Assembly: GCF_032191835.1 (NCBI RefSeq) | Contig: NC_083223.1 | Location: 248,620,001-248,684,000 of the forward strand | From: Heteronotia binoei | Taxonomy: Eukaryota | Direction: 5' to 3' | Length of the DNA: 64,000 bases | Shown here: positions 11,023 through 25,500 of the stretch, in pieces | Position numbering within the stretch: the first letter of the stretch is position 1 | How the letters are laid out: each line of letters begins with the position of its first letter | Translations under genes and position numbers: made by a program | The notes under the pieces: model-generated | The model's database searches: none | What the model was told of the DNA's origin: nothing | Seen by the model: the letters and a program-made list of their open reading frames with translations, nothing else

Positions 11023-14000
11023 CGGAATTAGCTTCCACCCTGTTCTTCTTATATGGCTGAATCATTCCATTCCAGACTGAGTCGTGAAGAAGACAGAATC
11101 ACTGTCCAGGGCCAAAGCAGCAGGAAACAGCCAGATTGGTAGGAGAGGCGCAGATGGCCACTTGATGTGTTTTTGGAACTGGACTTGGATTCAGCTGCCT
11201 GGCTGGCTAGGTGCCACTCATACCATACCATAGAAATATGAATATTTTACCATACAGGGTTGAAGGGTAGAATGGAGACCAGGGCTTGGCTCAGACAGTC
11301 ACTCAAATCCTAGTTTGTCTTAACAAATATTGGTTTCATTTTCTTCTCTAGTCTATAGCCTATGTAGGCAGCTTGAATAGCCCAGGTTTTCCCAGATCTC
11401 CAGTGAAGACTGGGCTTGCTATGCAGAGGAAGGCAATGGCAAACCATCTCTGTTAATCTCTTGCCTGGAACACCCCATGGATGGGATCTCCATGAGTTCG
11501 TTGCAACTCAACGACATGTTCTTTTCTTCTTCTTACATAGCCTGTGTTGCCAACGGATAAGCCAGGATAAAGTCAGGATGCTTTCATTCAGGCTTTACAT
11601 GAAACCATAGGTAAGAAGAGTAAGTATGGTTAATAAACCAAGTTCAGGCTTCAGATTTTGGTTTGAAGGACCTTAATCACACTAACTGGTTTTGCACAGT
11701 GTTTGAACCTGGCTTATAGGAAATGGACTTATTCAAATAGAGGGACATTAATAGATGGACCCAACTCAGAGAAGGGATTGCCATTGGAATATGCCCCCTG
11801 AAAGAAATGTGGGATTGCCTTTATTTGAGGTTTTTCTCAGCAAATCTGGGCATCTCTCATGAATACTTTAAAGTACATGAATGAGCAGGATGAATTGGTT
11901 CCCTAGTTATTCCAGGTATTCTGTCATCCTCCTCTAGTGAACATATCAATTGCTTTCTGCTGAATCAGACCATTTGGAACTTCCAACTCTGTGTTGTCTG
12001 TTCTAAGAAACAAAGAACTGCAGAAAAACAATACCACTTATAACTACAAAATACTTAAAGTATACTGTAAAAAGGCTCTGAAATATATTTCTGACCTTAT
12101 GGATTAACCACTCCCCCCCCCCCCCCAAAAAAGCCCCCTATGTACATTTCAAAAGCAAGAATCGTAAATATAGTGTATAAATTTGTAAATAAATACTGAA
12201 TGCCACTTTACTCCTTCATTTACAAAATTTTCCTTTATTTACAAAGCATGAAGAAAAGATCACATGCGTTTTGGCAATAGTCTTCCTTAGTATTGTTTTT
12301 CTGCAGGGTTTTTTTTTTCTTGGCTTGATTTCTGTTGCAGTTGTTCCCTTTTTTGCTTGCTTGACTGTTGTCTATTTCAACTGTCAGCAGCACTCCAAGG
12401 TCTCAAGCAGAGAGAAAGAATTTCCCCAGCACCTGATCTCTGAGATCCTTTGCCTGGAGATGCCGTGGATGGAGCCTGAGGCCTTCTGCTTTACTGCTGA
12501 GCCATGGTCCCTTGAGACATGCAGGAAGCTCCCTTTTATGGAATCAGACAATTGGTCCAGCCAGCTGACTGTTGCCTTCTCTGACTGGCAGCAGATCTCT
12601 AACATCTTGGGCAGAGAAGGCTTATTTCCCCCTACACACATCTGCTTCATTCCTAGTGTTGAAATCATGCAACTTTAGGCTGTGCTCCTTCCCACATCCA
12701 GATTGCTGCACTCTTTCCTTAGCCAATATGCTCTAGTGGTCAGTGTATCAGACTAGGATCCTGGAGAGCTGGGTTCAAATCTCTGGTATGAAGCTGCATA
12801 GTGAACTTGGGCTAGCTGCTGCTCTCTCTGTCTATAACCTATCTCGTGGGGTTGTGAGGACAAAATGAGAAAGGGAAACCCATAAGCACTGCCTTGAGTT
12901 CCTTGGAGGAAGGTGGGATAAATGATACTAGATAGGGTTAGCAAGGAATCCCCCCCCCCAATTCATACAAATTCCCTATTACCTTGCAGGCCCCTTTCCC
13001 TTGTTTGCAATGGCTTTGCCAAACCCAGCCTCCCATCCCATTGAGACACTTTCTTTCTCTCCAACAGTTGCCTACTTCCAAGGGTGGCTTGGAGTTCTCC
13101 CAGAATTACAACTGATCTCCAGAATGCAGACATCAGTTGTCCTGGAAAAAATGGCAACTTTGGAAGGTGTTCTTTGTGGCATCATTTCCCTGCTGAGCTC
13201 CCTCCCCAGCCTCCACCCCCAAATCTCCAGGGATTTCCCAGCCTGGAGTTGACAAGTGTTGGGAGTATTTGCAGTTCTCTCCCTGATGTCATGAAAGAGT
13301 TAACTTGTTTGTTTACATCTGCGAATTGTTAGTTAACTTAAAAACCAATGAGCTGTCCTGCATGTAGTTCCTGGCAGAGAAAAGGAAGTCTTATTCATAA
13401 TGAGGTGACCTTTAGCCTGGTTATTGGCTGATCTATAGTTTAGTGATGTTATCTGAGATTTTGCACATACACATCTGAGGTTTTTCTTCTTCCTCCCTTT
13501 GTTCTAAGGTCAGATGCTAGAATCCATCTTGGATTAATCACTAACTAGAAAGATATAGCTACTCAGACTTTTTATAGTTTTTATCCTTATGTAACCATTC
13601 CTAATTTTCTTAGTAAACATAATTTTAGTTGATGTACATGTGTGTGCTGCGTCATTGCTTTACACTGCTAAATTTTTACAGTAGCATGCCTAGCATTCGG
13701 CTTCCTGTTGTCTTAGCATCAAGTCTGACTTGAACCCTGTCATGAAGCTGAATCCTACTGCCACTGATTCTATGCTGCCTTCCTTCCCTGAGGAGGCCCA
13801 AGGTTGGTTTGCAGCCAGTTGGTTAGTCTCTTTCTCACTGAAAGTCCTGGGGCCTTAGAAGTTTTCCCTGTGGGCCTACATTTCCCAGACAGCCCGGGAA
13901 TGAACCTGGTGGACTTGGGGGGGGAAAGGTAAGCGAATCACTGCTGAGGCTGAAAGAGAGCATAAAGGACTCTGCACAGGAAGGGAATTGTTCACTCCCA

Positions 14001-14205
14001 AAGCCTTGAAGATGGGCTGAAGTTAGGCTGCTATGGAAGAGAACTGATTCCTCACCCCAAGGTGGGAGTGAGTCTGACTTAAGGGGGTAGGTCAAGTACA
14101 GAGAGTTTTTGTCATGCTGAAAAATTCCAGAGAGATAGCTATATTATAGCCTGTAAGATCAACCACACATATGCTGAATCTGGTTGTATGCCACTGTGTT
14201 TAGAT

Positions 14206-14530
14206 TAGGGGTCCTCAAACTGCGGCCCGCTGAGGACGTTTATGCGGCCCGCCGGGTTATGGCAAAATCAGACCGGAAGTGACGTTCGACCTAAACTCGC
14301 GTTAGCAACGCACACTTCTGGCACTGGGCTGAGGCGGCCGAGACAGAGTGTGAGGTGATACCGAGGTGAGGTGAGTTCCCAGGCCGGGGTGTGTGGTGTG
14401 GGGAAGGGAGAGAGATGCAGAAGATGGAGAACCGATGGCCCGCGGCCTTGTACAGTAACGGCAGTCCGGCCCTCCAACAGTCTGAGGGACAGTGAACTGG
14501 CCCCCTATTTTAAAAGTTTGAGGACCCCTG
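14206..14530. mobile_element. Young Charlie-type hAT MITE with CpG-rich internal cassette
   Basis: TIRs taggggtcctcaaact / agtttgaggacccctg. Perfect TSD gtttagat at 14198-14205 and 14531-14538. Many intact CpGs. Confidence 0.9.
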
Positions 14531-14671
14531 GTTTAGATCCATAAGCTGGTTGACAAGGGCTGGGCGTGTACTCACAGGAGGGGCTCTTGTGCCCCAACCA
14601 GTAGGTCCTATAATCCATGTCTGCCTCTCCACACATATATGAGCCAGCATGGGGGAATGAGTGGACTAGGA

Positions 14672-14964
14672 CAGGAGTGGCCAAACTGTGACTCTTTCAC
14701 ACATATTGTGTGGCTCTCAAAGACCCCACCACCCTATTGGTCAGCTTGGAGAAGGCATTTATCTCTTTAATACCACTTCACCAAGCTAGCTGGCAGCTTG
14801 GAAGATTGCATTTAAAATTAAAGTTTTCTTTCCACCGCCGCTTCCCCCCATCTGCCTTCCTTCCTTCTGGCTTTAAATCATATGATGTTCATGTCTTGCA
14901 GCTTTCAAACATGTGATGTTTTATTCTATGTGGCTCTTACATTAAGCAAGTTTGCCCATCCCTG
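14672..14964. mobile_element. Charlie-type hAT MITE nested in a MIR-like SINE
   Basis: caggagtggccaaact / agtttgcccatccctg ends; TSD gactagga. Related copies at about 6660-6900 and 31554-31846. Confidence 0.85.
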
Positions 14965-17029
14965 GACTAGGATCTACAAGACCCAGGTTTAAATCCCTTC
15001 TCTGCCATGGAAGCTTGCTGAGCAACCTTGGGCCAATCACACATGCTCAGCCTACCCAACTTCACAGGGCTGTTGTGAAGATAACATGAAAGGAAGACAA
15101 AAAATATTGTAAGCCACTTTGGGTCCTCACTGGGGGAAAAGGCAGGGTATAAATGGAAGTAATGGCAGGTTCCATAGACTAGAGCAGGAAGAGTGACTCC
15201 CAGCTGACAGATTCATTTCATATATTCATCTCCCACCCTCTTTGCAACCTGCAAATGAGGCAGTTGCCAATCATAATTAAAACGTAATTTATAGCAAACA
15301 ACATCAGATTAGATTGTTACCCGCTCAGAGCCCATTTGGGAAGGGGCAGGCTATAAATTGAAAATAATAAATAAATAAATTTCAGCCCTGGAGCATCTTG
15401 GAGACCAACAAGAGTTCCAGGGTATATAAGTTTCCAAGAGTCAAAGCTCAAAAGCTTCTACCCTGAAACTCTCACTAGTTCCTAAGGAGCTACTGGACTC
15501 ATCTGTTATACTACAGATCAACATGGCTGCCCTCTGAACCCAACATCAAAGACCTGAATGGATAGCATTACTAAAATCAGTAATGACCAACAGAATGCTG
15601 ATGTGTGGGATGCAGAGGAAAGGAAATGGTTACCAGGGGATCATAAGCAGTGCAGCAGGTCTATGACAGTTCTATTCAAAGATTAAGTGTATAGGAAATA
15701 AGGACAGCAACAATTCAGAACAGTAAACTGTGATGTTACCAATTTGTTCTCATGTTGCTATTCTGACTTTAACACCCAGAGTGAGAAAAGATGTTTTTAC
15801 CTGAGTCCTAAAATAAACCAAGATGTGAATTTTGTCTCCATATCCACTTTAGCAACGCTATGAACAACAACCAGGGCTCATTCTGTTTCATAAAGCATCA
15901 GAACTTTGGTCTGTCAAGGTCAGCATGGTCTGCTCCGAATACCTGATCCTTTGCATCTGGAGGCTACAGGGATTGAACCTGCATGCAAAGCAGATGCTCT
16001 GCAATTGGGTTGCACCCTCACCTCACCCTGGTTACCTTCCAATATAAAATATACCATCACCTCCAAAGAGTGTCCCTCTGTGCAGTCCAAAGATATCTGT
16101 TTCTATTCAAAAGCAAATCTGACATCAACATCTGGGAACATTCAGAACTCAGTGGTAAAATGTTTGGTGTATTCCAAAACACTCTTGCTGCTATCCTGAT
16201 AATTCCCATAATTTAACAAAATCCACCTCTGGGGAGATCCCAGTATGGAATTGGTGAGGTAGAAATGTCAATAGCCAGTAGTTCCCATTTGTTTGGGGCT
16301 TGAGACCAGGCTTTTCTCTCCCTCTACACAGGCACTAAATTAGCATAGCAAAGACAAGCTCTGTGTTCTCATCGGCTGTTACGGTTAGGAAAGGTCACTG
16401 CACTTATCTTGCATTGGAGCTTTGTACAGAGATTTCACATTTCAGAACCTTTCGGCTGCAGCTTTTTTTGATAGTTCTCCTGCTCTGTCCTCACTGTTGG
16501 GTTCAGAGAACAAGGTACACGCTGCCCGAGACTGATCTGCTAGCCCTGCTTTACATTGCAAAAGGACAGTCAAATAGCAAACCGAGAGGATGGAGCTGCA
16601 AATGGATTGGAGACCAGCATTCTTAAAGGCCCACCACTCCAGAACTCATGGTAACCATTTGCTATCGGAAGAAATTCTCAGGAAGGGGTAAGAGTATGAC
16701 AGGCACAGCCAGGGGTCATTTTGTAGAAAAACAGGTGGTGGAGCTCATCCAGGGATTGTTATGCAGCTGCACCTACTATTCAATAGACAAGGTAGGTAGG
16801 TGGGGAGGAAGGGGAACCTTCAAAAAGGTTCAGGAGCTATTTTCCTGTGAGCTCCTGCTAAATTCAAGGCCTGGGCACAGCCTTCATCCTCTGGCACTTT
16901 CCAGGGTAGAAAGAAAGGAGTTATTATTCTAACCTTCCTCTTTTCCGGCAAAGATAAGGGAGTCTTACCCTTGCAGACTCTATTACCTAATCTGCCCTTT
17001 GCTTATTTAGGCACTTTGGAGGCTCTTTT

Positions 17030-17229
17030 TTGTTGTTGTTGTCAAGTCACAACTGACTTAAGGTGACTGTATGGGGCTTTCAAGGCAAGAGACATTCAGA
17101 GGTGTGCTTGCCATTGCCTGCCTCTGAATCATGACCCTGGAATTCCTTAGTGGTCTCCTTTCCAAATACTGACCGGGGCTGACCTTGCTTAGCTTCTGAG
17201 ATTTGGTAAGACTGGGCCATTTAGGTCAG
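17030..17229 (-). mobile_element. 5S-derived SINE
   Basis: Same organisation as 110-297, with an (aac)n tail. Confidence 0.7.
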
Positions 17230-18786
17230 AGTGGAGACCTCCTGCACACAAATACAGGCGATGATAAATGAATTGCAAGTAGAATGAAGTTATTGTTACA
17301 TTTGCAATATTAATCAATGGGGAGACATCTTTTAAATTCTGAGGAACATTGTGGTCACCCCTTCTCAAAAATAAAAGCACAATGCTGAAAAAAGACACAA
17401 AAAAGAACCAACCGAGTGTTTAAATACACCTGACTGGTGTGTCTCTCCGTTTCCATATACTGTCCAGTGTCTGCTGGGAGTTTTTGTTGAGACTAAAATT
17501 CCAGGTATACAGAGGGGCCTGTTCAAACTGGAACCACAGCATACGTGAGGAGGGGACTTAAGCCTTCCCCACTCACCCAATCTGTAAAATAGATAGAATC
17601 TGTATTTTCCCAACCTGAAACAGCTCCAGGGATCTGCTATTTGCCTGCAAGGGAAGCTTCTATATAGCCCATCAATTACATGGACACTTTCTCAACTGGG
17701 CAATCAGCTTTTAATTTTCATAATGTTAAAACTGGAAAGGTATTCTGTCTAGAATTTATCAAATGGTCTAAATGTGACAGATCTTCCAGAATTAATGTTA
17801 TGGACAAATGAGTCAGTGAAACGTTATACTCTCTGACTCGACTTGGTAATTTATTGTACTGCTTTGCCTCCTTGTACAAGCATTTAAAGAAAATCACCAA
17901 GGAAATGCAAGTTTTATACATGTATGGCAGTATTGTCTCAGAATAGTAACTTTCTGAGGAAACATTATATACACTTTGATTAGTTGTTCAGTACTCTTCG
18001 GCCCACTGGAAGGGATTCTTTGCATTCTTAAGAAACATGTTAATAACAACCGCTACACAATTACAGAGAAAATGCTTACTGCAGCCAAAATTATTACAGC
18101 AACTAAATGGCACTTATCAAAGATACCATCACTTAAAAGGTGGCTTATTCAGATCTGGGACTAGTAGCCACTGATAGAACTGTGTAAAGGAACACAGCTC
18201 CCCTGACCCTGTATCTCTTCTTTGCACAGAAAGTTGGCAGAATATTCAGCAAAGAAATGGCAGGGATTGGAGAGAGCAAGAATCAGAGACTTTTTTCTGC
18301 TGTTCTGGAAATCTTTTATTGACCTGTATTTCTGTATTGATATATTTACGAATGTGAGTGCCATGCCTTTAACAAACAAAAAGATACTCCTGGGCAACAG
18401 CCATCCAGACACCCCTTGGAAAGTTCATAAAGACATTTTGATAGGAGAGCTTTCCTCCTGCCTCTGAACAAAGATGTTACATTGAGCTAAGATTAGTTTT
18501 CACAAACTTCAGTGTTGCTTCTCTCCTGCCTATGAACCAAGTCTGTTGTAATGAATGTCATGAATTCTCCACTGGGTGAACTGTCTTGATACGTCTTACA
18601 TCACAGATTCAGTACAAAATCATAACTGGTTACTTGATTTATATGATGGCAAAGATGAAAGGGGAACTTTACCCCCAAGAAACAACGGAGATGGGCAACT
18701 GCTCCTATCTCTTTGTGGCACTGACCTTTGCAACATGGCCCAGCATGCAAGGCAGCTGCCCCAACCCCTCTAATGTTCATGCAGCT

Positions 18787-19001
18787 TGGGTCTGAGGAAC
18801 TGCTGGCATAAGAACATAAGAAAAAGATTAAGACCAGAGGTCCTTCTAGACCAACATTCTGTTTCACACAGTGGCCAACCAACTGTCCTGGAAGGGCAAC
18901 AAACAGTGCACAGATGTTGCCTCTCAGCACCACGTTTCAGAGGTCTATTGCCTCTGAACATGGAGGTTCCCTTTATTAAATGACTAGTAGCCACTGATAG
19001 A
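18787..19001 (-). mobile_element. CR1 LINE 3' end fragment
   Basis: cataagaacataag (reverse of the cttatgttcttatg tail) through gactagtagccactgataga. Confidence 0.75.
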
Positions 19002-19547
19002 ACTGTGTAAAGGAACACAGCTCCCCTGACCCTGTATCTCTTCTTTGCACCCTCTAATCCCACCCCTTACCTATTCCATGAGTACCAAATCCAAACTGAA
19101 ACCCAGGCAATAACCCTCGTCCTCCCCCTCCCAACCCCGTCCCTGTGATCCAATACTAGAAAGAGTGACATTTTATACAATGAACAGAGCTTTGCAGTTG
19201 CAGAGAAGCCACAGAAGGAAATCCCACTCCTTAGGACCGGACTCACTGTTCAAGGTGTAAGCAAGTGAACCAGCAGCCAGAGTACTTTGGGAAGAGACAA
19301 TGATCAATGCTGTGCAAGTATAAGTAATTCCCACAAAGCTCAGTGGGGCCTATACCCAATTTAACTCTCCAGAGGTCCATGGTATGAGTCTCTTTCACAA
19401 CTAATGCAGCCAAACGTGGTCCAGGGAGCAGACAACTCATAATCACTCACTGGCCCCTCTCCGATGCCCTGGCCCTCCCCTACTCAGCCTGCATGCCAGG
19501 ATGCTGCCTGCTGTGCCACTTGCTCTTGAGGGCTGCAGCTGGAGCTT

Positions 19548-22500
19548 TTATTTCCTCCCCCTTTTGTGATCAAGTTTCAGAGGGTGGGCATCCTCTTCTT
19601 CGCTGCTCCTGCTTTCGCAGTCTCCGAGGTGAGAGCGGCCCACCTTCCCCCTCTGCTCTGCACCTGCCCGGGGGGACTTCTTGGGAGACACAGTCCTGAG
19701 CCGCCTCTTGCGGCTGCGGTTGGAGAGGTGCTTCTTGCGCTGCCGCTTTTGCTCCCCTTCCTTCTGCCGCAACTTCATCCGCTTCTCAAAGCTCTTGGTG
19801 GTGGCGGCGTTAACGTCAAACCAGTCCTGAAAGAAAGACACAGAAGATGGTGTTGTGTGTGTGTGTTAGTGAGGGGGGGGGCAGTGTTGAGTAGACACAT
19901 TTGATTTGTTGCTGTGCTTAATCAGCTGCCATTAACTACACAACCAGAGTGAAGCCTTCTCTTGTGGATCAGAACACGTTTGCAAACAAAAATGCTTACA
20001 TTCCATCCCTGAGGCCATAACAGAAAACAGTTGGGATGCTCTGTTCTACTCAGAATGATACCAAAGAAGCCTCTGTAAATAATTTAAGCTATGCCATTGG
20101 GTTAAAAAAACAAAAACAAAACCTAAATAGGGATGTACCTTAGGAAACCTATTGAAGCAATAATTGGTTCACTGATGAAGAGATATAATTGGAACAGGAT
20201 ATATCTAGAATTCCTGTGCGAACTCTGAACTTGAACCATTGGATTAAAAAATTAATTTTGATTGAAATGATATCTTTGGAATTTATTTTCTGATTGCACT
20301 ATACTTTTGAAATGAATGATTACTGAAACTGTGGAAACAATTTTTGGATATTGTACCTGTAAACCCAACTGATTATTGCATTAATGTAATTTCTTATTGC
20401 TTTTGTACTATGATTTCGGGAATTAAAAAGAAATCAGTAAGAATTAGAGAATAAGAGACAGAGACATACTGTATTTAAAATAGGGTATATTGGAAAACGC
20501 TATTACAGCCAAAAAACCTTTTGTATATTTGACTTATGTGCTGTAATTCTTAATCTACATTCCATCCCTGGCAGCTCCAGTTAAAGAATCTCATGCCCCA
20601 AGGGATGAGGAAAACTTCTATCTGCTGAGGCCCTGGCAATCATAACTGATAATATGACCGATGCTCATCTCAGAGGAGGAGGGATATGTAAACAAGGGCC
20701 AGGTGGGAGGTCCACCCTTCTCCCTCCTGCCGCGCATTTCTCACCTCAGCATGCACCGTGTTGATGTGGTATTTGACTCCGCTCTCAGACACAAACTCCT
20801 TTTCACACAGCAGACACTTGTACTTTCCAGCCACAAACTCACCCTACAATTGGAGGGGGGGGGGAGAATCATTTTTGTAGCTTTCCCAGCAGTGAACCTA
20901 AACTAAAGGAGGCAAGAGCCTGCTTTGGGTCCCTCTAGATTGCTTCTCCAGTTAGGCCGGTAGCTCTGTTTATGGTGGGGGATGAGGTTATGTCTTCTTG
21001 GAGCTGGCTGGCTACAGTTGGATGCCAAGGCAGAAGGCCCAGCCTAGGCCCAACACATAGCATGCAGAACTGTGCCCCCAACCTTAAAGGAAGAACTTGT
21101 ACACATACCAGGGTGCAACTTCCCAGGTGGGACTTGAGTCCTGATATGCTGCTGTAGACGCATTCACAGCCCTGGAGCAGAACAAGAAAAAGGCAAAAGG
21201 GGAATCAGTTACCTCCCTGGCATGGTTCAAGATCTGAGGCCAACAGATCTCTGGGCCAGTGGCTGCAAGGGAAGGGGGCTGCCATATTACTAGAAACTCT
21301 ACAGAAGGCTGAAGACCTTGGCTAGAGTGGCAGCAATAGTTGAAGCTACAGAGTTATTCTTTCAGAAGATTTAAACTGGAAATGGATCTTGGAGAAGATC
21401 ACTCAGTAGCATCCGCTTGGAACTTTTCAAGCACTTCAGTCCTGACACCCTCCTCCCTTTACAATACGGGAGTAGGAAATTGACAATTATGGCACTACTA
21501 GAAGGGGGAGAGGTGACTCAGGCAGTAGATCTCAGCAAACCAGCTTGTCACAGAAAGCTGATGGCTCCATTGTGCGCTGCCTAGCCAAGCACAGTTACCT
21601 GGTTGGGGCAGTGGACCCGTCGGTACATCTTTATCTCTGATTTCCACTTGCACAGAACCTCTTGGCTAACAGCGGGCAGCCCTGGCCGAGTGTACTTCAG
21701 CTAAAACAGGAGAGAGTAAATCCAGAAGGCAGCATGAATAGCAGCAACTGGAAAGTCCTGGAGACACCTGCAAACACCATATGATGCAGACAGTTTCCAT
21801 CTAAAACTGTTACACTAACTCTATGAAGAGCCTCCTTCCACAAGCTCCAAACCAAGTTAAGGAGAACAATGATCCTGGAGATACAGCAGAACCCAACAAC
21901 CTTTCTCAGAATGCCAAGAATCTCAGTTGTGAGTAGTGAAGACTGTTAAGATTTCACAAAGGCAAAAAAAGGAACATACCCAAGCTTATAAAGGGCCCTA
22001 AAAGTCAACTAGGAGACTGGATATGACTTTCCAACAAAAGCAATGAGAATTTGCACATGCACTTCCCGTTGTTGAAGAAGATCCCACACTCCCTAACACA
22101 TCTAGAACACTCTCCTGGGAGCAAGCCTTATTGATTAAAGGGTTGGAACACTTTCCCTATGAAGAAAGCTTAAAATGCTTGGGGCTCTTTAGCTCAGAGA
22201 AACGTCAATTGAGGGGTGACATGATAGAGGTTTACAAGATTATGCATGGGATAGAGAACATAGAGAAAGAAGTACTTTTCTTCCTTTCTCACATTATGAG
22301 AACTCGTGGACATTCAATGAAATTGCTGAACAGTCAGGTTAGAACGGATAAAAGGAAGTACTTCTTCACCCAAAGGGTGATTAACACATGAAAGTCACTG
22401 CCACAGGAGGTGGCGGCAGCCGCAAGCATAGACAGCTTCAAGAGAGGATTGGATAAACATATGGAGCAGAGGTCCATCAGTGGCTAGATTGTTGGAACTC

Positions 22501-25500
22501 TCTGTCTGGGGCAGTGATGCTCTGTATTCTTGGTGCTGGGGGGGGGCACAGTGGATGGGCTTCTAATGTCCTGGCCCCACTGATGGACCTCCTAATGGCA
22601 CTTGGGGTTTTTCTGTCCACTGTGTGACACAGAGTGTTGGACTGGATGGGCCACTGACCTGATCCAACATGGCTTCTCTTATGTTCTTATGAAGAGACCT
22701 GACACTGCACTGGAAGTGAAGTTAAATCTTTGTCGGCAAACAGGGATTTGTGCTAGGTAAGAATACCTGCTATTCTTATAGATGCAAGCTGCACATTTAT
22801 TTGCAGACTGCTTTGTTGGTGGTCATTAAGACTAGCCCAACTGTGTTCTGTTATTAGGCAGAACACTAAAACTATATTCCAGATAAAAGAACACAGTTAC
22901 AGAACAACAGTGAAGGTCACAAAGCCAGGAAATGTCAATCTATTCTCACACCTTCCGGTCATCAGGAACAAGATCTTGCAGGACCTTCCTCTTTGGCCAT
23001 TCCTTGGCCAGCTCCTCATTGGCCAGCTCATGTAAGTAGTAGGCAGCCACCTTGGCGGATTTCCTTTGAACTCTGCCTCCGCTTTTTGGTTCAGTATCAG
23101 CATCCTTCTGGTGAGCAGGCCTGCCTTCTTCATGGAGAAAAGTCACCTGGCAAGAAGAACCAAGAAAGACTCCATGGCCATCATTCTGGCCTGCCTGTGC
23201 CCTGCTAGTCCTCTCCATAAGCCTGGTACAAGAGGCTATTGGAGTCCGGATAGGAGTAAGCCCTTGAACAGACACTGAGCAGCCTGTCATTTGCAGGAGC
23301 TCCTTCAGGTCTACCATGCCAAAGGGGACAGAAGCATTTTGGTCTGGTGGCACAACTGAGCTTTGAATCTCTCCCCTCCCCCCTTCCCTGAGTTTGCATG
23401 CTCTGCAACCTGCACAGTGACTCACCGGTCCATGTTCAGATTTCAAGTGGTAAACAAGGCCAGCCTTAGATTTATAACCCTTGCTGCAATGGTGGCACTT
23501 GAGAGCCAGTTTCTCCAGCTCAGCAGCAGCCTTCCCACACTTCTGGGTATGGTAGAGGTATCCCATGACACTGGTGAAGCTGCCTGTGCAGCCCTGGGAA
23601 TACAGGCAAAAAGCACGCAGAACATTCGTTAAGAGAGCCATCGGGTTCGATGACAGAAACAGCTTTGCAATTCTTGCATGTCTGAAACTTGCCAACAGTC
23701 TGGAAAAGCAAGGGGGCCACTCTGCACTGTGGAGGCATGCAGAGCACAGGTCTGAGAAGGAACCTCAACAGGTGGAGCCAGATCCTCCTTTCTCTCCCCA
23801 TTCAACAGAGAAAAAAGTCTGCCACTGGCCAGAGTAATCCCAATGTCACAGGTGCACACTTCCACCCAGATAACCCTGAGCCCTGAAGAGAATGCAAATG
23901 CAAGCCCAGGAGGCTCCTGCTGCTCACCTCTCTTGTGCACTTGAGCTTCCCCATTCGTTTCAGCACCTTCCGCAGGCGGTCTCGCTCGCTCTGCTCATCC
24001 AGCTGGCCTCCTGCCTTCAGCATGGCCTGTGTGCAAAGTAGGGAAGGGAAAGAGTGATCCAGGCCACCACCTCCATGGAGCCGCTCCAGATTACTAAACC
24101 ACACTTGAAGGAGAACTTACTCAGGAGCTGACTTGAATAGCCCAGGATAGCCTGAACTCTTGTCTGGACTCTTGTGGGAGAACCGGAGTGTACGGACTCT
24201 TATCTGGGAGAACCGGGTTTGATTCCCCACTCCTCCACTTGCACCTGCTGGAATGGCCTTGGGTCAGCCATAGCTCTTGCAGGAGTTGTCCTTGAAAGGG
24301 CAGCTTCTGTGAGAGCTCTCTCAACCCCACCTACCTCATAGGGTGCCTGTTGTGGAGGGTGGGGGGGAAGGTAAAGGAGATTGCGACTGCTTTGAGACTT
24401 TAAGATTCAGAATGGAGGGCGGGATATAAATCCAATATCATCATCTTCTGAATATCTCTTGTCTTGAAAACCCAACGAGGGGTCACTGTAAGTCAAATAT
24501 GACTTGATTGCAAAAAAAAGGAGAACAGAAATTTAGGACACTCGCTATGGTGAACAACAAAGGACTGAAAGCTGGCTGTGAATTTATTTGGTTTATAGCA
24601 CTAATTGTTTCTGGGCCTTTCAGGTTTCCAATCTGCAGTGAAGCCTCTAGGGGGCACTGCAGTAATTAGCAGCCTTCTGCTTTCCAGTGCAGGGTATCAG
24701 GAGCCAACATGGCTAACATCAGACCACAGGTTTGTCAAAGGTCCCTAAGCAAATGGGGAAGGCATATCCCATCTTGTACTGTGACAATAAAGAAAGCTGA
24801 GAAGAGACACAGGGTCAGTGGCTTTTCCAGCCTTGATGATCAAGGCTTTTTTGTTGATGTGTCACATCTAGCTTACCAGGCTATTGTGGTCTGCCATGAC
24901 ATGGTACTTCATTCCTGCCAGAGACCGCAGCTGCTTCCCGCAGTGGTGACATGTGAAGAACTCCTGGGAATGACAGAACACATTACCATATTGCCCAGCC
25001 TGCAGGAAATGCTTGAATCAGTCCTTACTATTAGATTTTTCTCCCTAACTGCAGGTCCTGAAGACCCCTAGGAAACTGGGACTTTCTTTTTCTGGTCTGT
25101 CAGTCTCACACATATACACACAGAAGAAACATTTTAGAAACTGCTTTGTTTATTCTTCAGTCCAATAGATAAGGAATTGTTCAGAAAGCACCGTGTCAAA
25201 ACTGCCAAAATTCCAAGGAGAAAGCTTGTTTTTCCATACATGAACGATTTCCCTCTCCTATAACATGAGATAATCCTATGTGGCTGTTAAATTCAACTGT
25301 AAACTAAGCCTGCCCCAGATGTAGAAACTCAGCTCTCCTGCCTCTGGTTAGGAGAACATGGCCTGAAGGAAGCTGGCTTCCCATTGACTCACCTGCTGGC
25401 AGTTGGTCATGTGCTTCTTCAGTCCTTCAACTGTTTTCCTCACAACAGCTCTGCAGGTTGGGCAAGTGACACGGCCCTTATCGAGAATCTCCAAGTACCA

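Noticed and set aside
9811-11065. Long minus-strand ORFs (219, 251 and 135 aa)
   Set aside because: Antisense shadows of the CAG/CTG-rich coiled-coil CDS.
13285-14150. Possible solo LTR(s) starting with TGTCATG
   Set aside because: I could not define a matching CA end, TSD or second copy.
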